A DNA stretch of 50,448 nt from an uncultured Mycoplasmatota bacterium (lineage in GTDB: Bacteria > Bacillota_I > Bacilli_A > RF39 > UBA660), in assembly GCA_946554325.1 (NCBI GenBank), contig CAMNSB010000002.1, positions 1-50,448 of the forward strand, given 5' to 3'. The position numbers were made by a program, and so were the translations under genes. The notes below the pieces were generated by a model. That model was given only the letters and a program-made list of their open reading frames with translations, searched no databases and was not told the origin of the DNA. Every line of letters starts with the position of its first letter. The stretch's first letter is position 1. Below, one piece after another: positions 46,125-50,448 of the stretch.

Positions 46125-47252
46125 CTACTTTTTAGATATTGCTTTCTTTTTTTTCTTCTCTTTTTTCGTTGTTTTTACATGTAATTTATCTTTTACTTTT
46201 TTTGTGATTTTAGGATTTTTATCTGAAATAATACTTGTATGAAATACAAACCAAAAGACAATAATTAATAGAATTATATATATTATTTTACCTATCACCG
46301 GATCTTTTAATTGATATAAAATAGATGCTGCTGCGAATAAGATATTAATAAAATATATAATTAATACAGTTGTTCTTTGTGAAAAGTTCATTCCTAATAA
46401 TTGGTGATGTAGATGCTCTTTGTCTGGAGAAAAGATTGGTTGTTTTTTTAGCATCCTTCGAATAATAGCAAAAGCGGTATCTAATATTGGAATAGCAAGA
46501 ATTAAGAGTGGTACAAAGAATGATGTTAAGGTAGGTCCTTTAAATTCTAAAAGGGCAATTACTGCTATAATAAAACCTTCAAACTGGGTACAGTCACCTG
46601 CAAAAATAGTGGCAGGATAGAAATTATGTAATAAAAATCCTAAGGTGGAACCTAGCATAATGAAAGTAAGCATCATAACTAAACTTCCACTTCTTGCCTG
46701 ATAAAAACCGATAATTCCGATTGTTAAATAAAAGATGGAACAGATTCCTCCACTTAAACCATCTAGGCCATCTATTAAGTTAATAATATTACAACAGGCA
46801 ACGATAAATAAAATGGTTAATGGATAGGACCATACTCCAAAGTTTATGGAAAATCCAAACGCTGTTATATTATTTAATAGAATTCCTCCATAAAAGACGA
46901 TAACGGATGCGGCTACTAACTGACCTAAGAATTTATAGGATGCTCGAATGGAATGGATATCATCTATAATTCCTACTAGTACAATGATAAAACTACCAAT
47001 TAAAATGGAATTCATTTGCAAGCTTTGATCTCCAAAAAGCATGTAGCCAAATAAAAATCCTAGAAATATCCCAACAGCACCTAATTTGGGTACTTCCTTT
47101 TTATGAATATGTCTATTTCCTTCATCACTTCTCGGTTTATCCATAGCATCAATATGCCTTGCAATTTTTTTCATTAGTGGTTGAATTAATGCTGAGAAAA
47201 TAAAGGTTACTAGTACAATTTTGGCAGCACTTAGTATATCTTGATTCATCAC
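46125..47252 (-). CDS. tagO: Undecaprenyl-phosphate GlcNAc-1-phosphate transferase (MraY/WecA family, TagO-like)
   Basis: 375 aa polytopic protein. NLIDGLDGL motif and HLHHQL. Lys-rich C-terminal tail. Confidence 0.8.
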   Translation of the reverse strand: MMNQDILSAAKIVLVTFIFSALIQPLMKKIARHIDAMDKPRSDEGNRHIHKKEVPKLGAVGIFLGFLFGYMLFGDQSLQMNSILIGSFIIVLVGIIDDIHSIRASYKFLGQLVAASVIVFYGGILLNNITAFGFSINFGVWSYPLTILFIVACCNIINLIDGLDGLSGGICSIFYLTIGIIGFYQARSGSLVMMLTFIMLGSTLGFLLHNFYPATIFAGDCTQFEGFIIAVIALLEFKGPTLTSFFVPLLILAIPILDTAFAIIRRMLKKQPIFSPDKEHLHHQLLGMNFSQRTTVLIIYFINILFAAASILYQLKDPVIGKIIYIILLIIVFWFVFHTSIISDKNPKITKKVKDKLHVKTTKKEKKKKKAISKK

Positions 47253-47317
47253 TCTACCTCTTTTCTAACTAAATTATAAACAATATTTTCTAAATTATCA
47301 AATAAAAAAACCGATTT

Positions 47318-48319
47318 TTATCGGTCTCCTAAGCGTGCAATGTTATCTAATAATACTCCTGTTCCTTCTGCTACACAAGTTAGTGGAGAATCTGCAATAA
47401 ATACAGGGACTTCTAATTCTTTTGTTAATAATTCTGGCAATCCTTGTAGCATTGCTCCTCCTCCTGTTAGAACAATTCCTTTATTGACAATGTCTGCAGA
47501 TAATTCTGGAGGAGTTTGTTCTAATACATTGGTTGCTGCTTTAATAATTTTATATACACTTTCATGAAGAGCTTCTTCTATTTCAGGCTGAGTAATTGTG
47601 ATTGTATGGGGAAGTCCTGTAATTAGATTTCTTCCACGTACTTCCATATTTTCCTTTTTATTGGGATCAAATATATTACCAAAATTAATTTTTATATCTT
47701 CGGCTGTTCTATCTCCTATTAATAATTTATATTTTTCTTTTATGTATTTTATAATATCTTGGTCAAAAACATTTCCTGCTACTCGTACTGAAGTTGAAGT
47801 TACAATATCATCTAAGGAAAGTACTGCAATATCTGTTGTACCTCCTCCAATATCAATTACCATATTCGCACTTGGTTTTGAAATATCCATTCCTGCTCCT
47901 ATGGCTGCTACTTTTGGTTCTTCTTCTATATAAACTCTTCTAGCTCCTGTTCTTTCTGCCGCTTCTTTAATTGCATTTTTTTCAACAGGAGTTACATTTG
48001 TTGGACAACAAATTAGAATACGTGGTCTAGAGAAGAGAGAACTTGCTTTTATTTTCTTGATAAAGGTATTTAGCATAATTTCTGTTATTTCAAAATCTGC
48101 AATGACACCATCTTTCATTGGTTTAATCGCTTTTACTTTTCCTGGCGTTCTCCCTAGCATTTCATTTGCTTCACGACCTACTGCTATTACTTTTTTAGAA
48201 TCTGTATCAATAGCTACAATACTAGGCTCATTTAAAACAATCCCTTGTCCTTTTATATAAATTAATACATTAGCTGTTCCTAAATCAATTCCAATATCTT
48301 TTGCTAACACTTTTATCAC
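47318..48319 (-). CDS. mbl: Rod shape-determining actin homologue MreB/Mbl
   Basis: 333 aa. DLGTANVL, DIGGGTTD and LTGGGA motifs. Lies directly downstream of spoIIID, as mbl does in Bacillus. Confidence 0.92.
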   Translation of the reverse strand: MIKVLAKDIGIDLGTANVLIYIKGQGIVLNEPSIVAIDTDSKKVIAVGREANEMLGRTPGKVKAIKPMKDGVIADFEITEIMLNTFIKKIKASSLFSRPRILICCPTNVTPVEKNAIKEAAERTGARRVYIEEEPKVAAIGAGMDISKPSANMVIDIGGGTTDIAVLSLDDIVTSTSVRVAGNVFDQDIIKYIKEKYKLLIGDRTAEDIKINFGNIFDPNKKENMEVRGRNLITGLPHTITITQPEIEEALHESVYKIIKAATNVLEQTPPELSADIVNKGIVLTGGGAMLQGLPELLTKELEVPVFIADSPLTCVAEGTGVLLDNIARLGDR

Positions 48320-48357
48320 TTCCTTTTCCTAAACATTATTATTTTACCATAAAATCT

Positions 48358-48615
48358 CTATTTTATTTTATTTTTTTTATATTTTTTCTTTGTTGATTCT
48401 CCTCCTCGTAGATGTCTTGTTTTAATATGGTCTTTAAATACGTTTTGAACTTCTTCATAAAGATTATTATCGATTCTTTTTAGTCTTAGGTGCATGTCTT
48501 TATGGATCGTACTTTTTCCAACATTTAATTCTTTTGCTACCTGTCTTAACGTCTTTTTTTGTTTTATAATTATATTTGCTTCCTTTAACGTTCTTTCTAC
48601 TAATCTTTTTTCCAT
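48358..48615 (-). CDS. spoIIID: Sporulation transcriptional regulator SpoIIID
   Basis: 85 aa. HTH (TLRQVAKELNVGKSTIHKDM) and C-terminal HLRGGESTKKKYK, closely matching the SpoIIID layout. Confidence 0.88.
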   Translation of the reverse strand: MEKRLVERTLKEANIIIKQKKTLRQVAKELNVGKSTIHKDMHLRLKRIDNNLYEEVQNVFKDHIKTRHLRGGESTKKKYKKNKIK

Positions 48616-48687
48616 ATGTTCCTTCTTTCTAGTAAAGTATATATAGAAAATTAAAAAAATATGAAAAAAAGAAGGGTCAACTTCTTT

Positions 48688-49323
48688 TTATTCTTGGTTT
48701 GTAGAAATGTCTTTATCAATTTGTTCTTCCGGGTTTATAATCATTCCTTTTAGATACATTTCAAAGTGTAAATGATTTCCTAGATCTTTATCAATTTCAT
48801 TGGTACCACTTTTTCCTATTATTTGTCCTTGTGTTACCGTATCCCCTTTTTTTACACTTACTTCTGATAGGCTTTGATAAACTGTAATATATTCGTTATC
48901 ATGTTTAATTTCTACAGTTTTTCCTAATAAATCATCTTCTGTTACTTTTGTTACAGTTCCATTTAGTACAGAAACCACATCAAAAGTTTCTTGTGATTTA
49001 TAATCAAGTCCTGAATTTTGGATGTATGTATTATCATGTCTTGTTAATGATTTTTCTTGGTTTGCTGCTTCTCCTTTATAATCATAATAGTATTTTCCTA
49101 TTTCTACTTTTTCACTTGTAAATGGTTTTATGATTTTTGTTGTTTCATTAATTACTGGCACGTCTTGATTTAGGATAATACTAGATACATAATTGTAATC
49201 TGGATTTACTTTTGTCTTTTTCATATTTTTAGCAACATAATATGTTCCGATTGTAAGTCCTATTACAAAAATTACATACACACTTGGTAAAACATAGGGT
49301 TTTAACTTCAACTTTTTCTTCAT
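48688..49323 (-). CDS. spoIIQ: SpoIIQ-like membrane-anchored degenerate LytM-domain protein
   Basis: 211 aa. One N-terminal TM, then a LytM domain with HLHFE retained but the first motif reading NSGLD (H->N) and YQSL in place of Y-x-H-L. Adjacent to spoIIID as in Clostridia. Confidence 0.55.
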   Translation of the reverse strand: MKKKLKLKPYVLPSVYVIFVIGLTIGTYYVAKNMKKTKVNPDYNYVSSIILNQDVPVINETTKIIKPFTSEKVEIGKYYYDYKGEAANQEKSLTRHDNTYIQNSGLDYKSQETFDVVSVLNGTVTKVTEDDLLGKTVEIKHDNEYITVYQSLSEVSVKKGDTVTQGQIIGKSGTNEIDKDLGNHLHFEMYLKGMIINPEEQIDKDISTNQE

Positions 49324-49373
49324 AATTTCACCTCATTAAGAGTTTGCACCAAAACGAGGAATTTATTCATTAT

Positions 49374-49577
49374 TTATAAAATTTTTGAACATTCAAAAAA
49401 GTCCATGATAAAGTTTGTAATTAAATAGATCATAGCAAGACCTAATAAAAAATAAAAAATTCTTGCTTGATAAATTTTATTTTTTTTAAAAATACCATTA
49501 ATATTTATGGATTCCATTGACCAAATTACTAAAATAGTTACAAAAAAATAAACAAAAAATTTAACGTTCATTTTCAT
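49374..49577 (-). CDS. Small DUF1146 (YwzB-like) membrane protein
   Basis: 67 aa with 2 TM segments. IYQARIFYFLLGLAMIYLITNFIMDF resembles B. subtilis YwzB (FQARLLYILL...SNFFLDY, from memory). Confidence 0.5.
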   Translation of the reverse strand: MKMNVKFFVYFFVTILVIWSMESININGIFKKNKIYQARIFYFLLGLAMIYLITNFIMDFFECSKIL

Positions 49578-50004
49578 ACCTCGTTATTTTGTCTATTCTT
49601 CTTTGGTGTCTTTCATCATTTATTACTTCTGCACTTAGAAAGGCATCTATATATTTTTTTATATTTTCCATACTATCTGTGTAATTAAATGTCATTACAT
49701 TAGCACCATTATCATTTCTACTTAGTATAGCATCTTCTTCTGAGTTTATTTTTGCACAACGTATTCCTTTTACTTTATTAGCTGCGATCGACATTCCTAT
49801 TCCTGTTCTACATACTAGTATTCCTATTTCTATTTCTTTTTGAACTACTTTTTCACAAACTTTGAATGCAAAATCAGGATAATCATCTGTTTCTGTATTT
49901 TCTTTACTATAATCTATTACAGTATGATTTTTGCTTTTTAAGTATTTTATTATTTCTTGTTTATATTTTACTCCTCTATGATCACTTGCAATTCCTATTT
50001 TCAT
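49561..50004 (-). CDS. rpiB: Ribose-5-phosphate isomerase B
   Basis: 147 aa. MKIGIASDHRG and LVCRTGIGMSIAANK motifs of the RpiB/LacAB family. Confidence 0.9.
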   Translation of the reverse strand: MKIGIASDHRGVKYKQEIIKYLKSKNHTVIDYSKENTETDDYPDFAFKVCEKVVQKEIEIGILVCRTGIGMSIAANKVKGIRCAKINSEEDAILSRNDNGANVMTFNYTDSMENIKKYIDAFLSAEVINDERHQRRIDKITRYENER

Positions 50005-50071
50005 ATGTTTCTCCTTTTCTATTTCTATTTATCGTTAGTATATCACAATTTATTCAAAAGAAAAACTGCCT

Positions 50072-50287
50072 TTAAGCAGCTTCTGTTTGATCAAATCCAT
50101 ATTTCTTATTGAATTTATCTACGCGACCAGCACGTGACTTTCTACTTTGTTGTCCAGTATAGAATGGATGACATTTTGAACAAACTTCAACACTAATTTC
50201 ATCTTTGTTAGATTTTGCTTTAAATGTTTCTCCACAAGCACAAGTAATTGTGCAATCTTTATAATCTGGATGAATTCCCTTTTTCAT
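50072..50287 (-). CDS. rpmE: 50S ribosomal protein L31 (zinc-binding type)
   Basis: MKKGIHPDY start behind GGAAGGAG, CxC...CxxC cysteines and HPFYTG. The ORF-track start 50335 is an upstream extension. Confidence 0.93.
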   Translation of the reverse strand: MKKGIHPDYKDCTITCACGETFKAKSNKDEISVEVCSKCHPFYTGQQSRKSRAGRVDKFNKKYGFDQTEAA

Positions 50288-50448
50288 TTGATTCACTCCT
50301 TCCGCCATGGCTAGTGCCATAGTAATTAAATGCATTGTTAATATAACAAATTTTTTCTAGTTTGGCAAGGATTTTTGCATAATTAATATTCTATCTTCCA
50401 TTCTAAAATGAAAGTGGAATAAAAAAGAAAGGAGTTTACAGTATATGT

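Noticed and set aside
1-50448. CRISPR arrays, tRNA or rRNA genes, and large tandem repeats.
   Set aside because: Scanning the intergenic regions found no regularly spaced direct repeats, no cloverleaf-like GC-rich segments and no rRNA-like sequence. The only notable repeats are the secA-tail duplication, the 10-bp tandem at 43061-43080 and short hairpins.

Overview
Strongly AT-rich chromosomal segment of a low-GC, spore-forming Firmicute. Spo0A, SpoIIID and a SpoIIQ-like protein are present, and TGA is a genuine stop because prfB carries its TGA-based frameshift. About 50 genes are present and all but three (clpP, agrB, agrD-like) are on the minus strand. I saw no rRNA, tRNA or CRISPR array. 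The backbone is housekeeping and follows Bacillus/Clostridia-like synteny in three blocks: gap-pgk...tpiA...gpmI; uvrB...uvrA-yvlD-lgt-trxB-yvcK-whiA/clpP; and rpmE-rpiB-ywzB-spoIIQ-spoIIID-mbl-tagO followed by csp-hpf-secA...prfB-yitT-yitT-ftsEX-M23. Four things are not ordinary backbone. (1) A ~3.8 kb integrase-borne island sits in the 3' end of secA. It is flanked by ~180-nt imperfect direct repeats, and the distal repeat retains a displaced, still-translatable secA tail. Its cargo is a RhuM-family gene and an unrecognisable two-gene membrane cassette. Next to it lies a decayed accessory remnant with a frameshifted KilA-N gene. (2) A block splits uvrB from uvrA. It holds a radical SAM/SPASM enzyme, an unannotated 29-aa ORF with a strong RBS and terminator, a C-terminally truncated Rel/SpoT homologue with an intact hydrolase but substituted synthetase residues, and an amidoligase-like protein. 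(3) An agr-type quorum-sensing locus includes an unannotated AgrD-like peptide gene, an AgrC-like kinase interrupted by one in-frame TGA, and two perfect tandem Spo0A boxes in its promoter region. (4) The glycolytic operon is broken up by lipid/glycosyl genes and by spo0A. Several gene disruptions fall in homopolymer runs, so sequencing error must be excluded. All family assignments come from motif recognition by eye; no database search was run.
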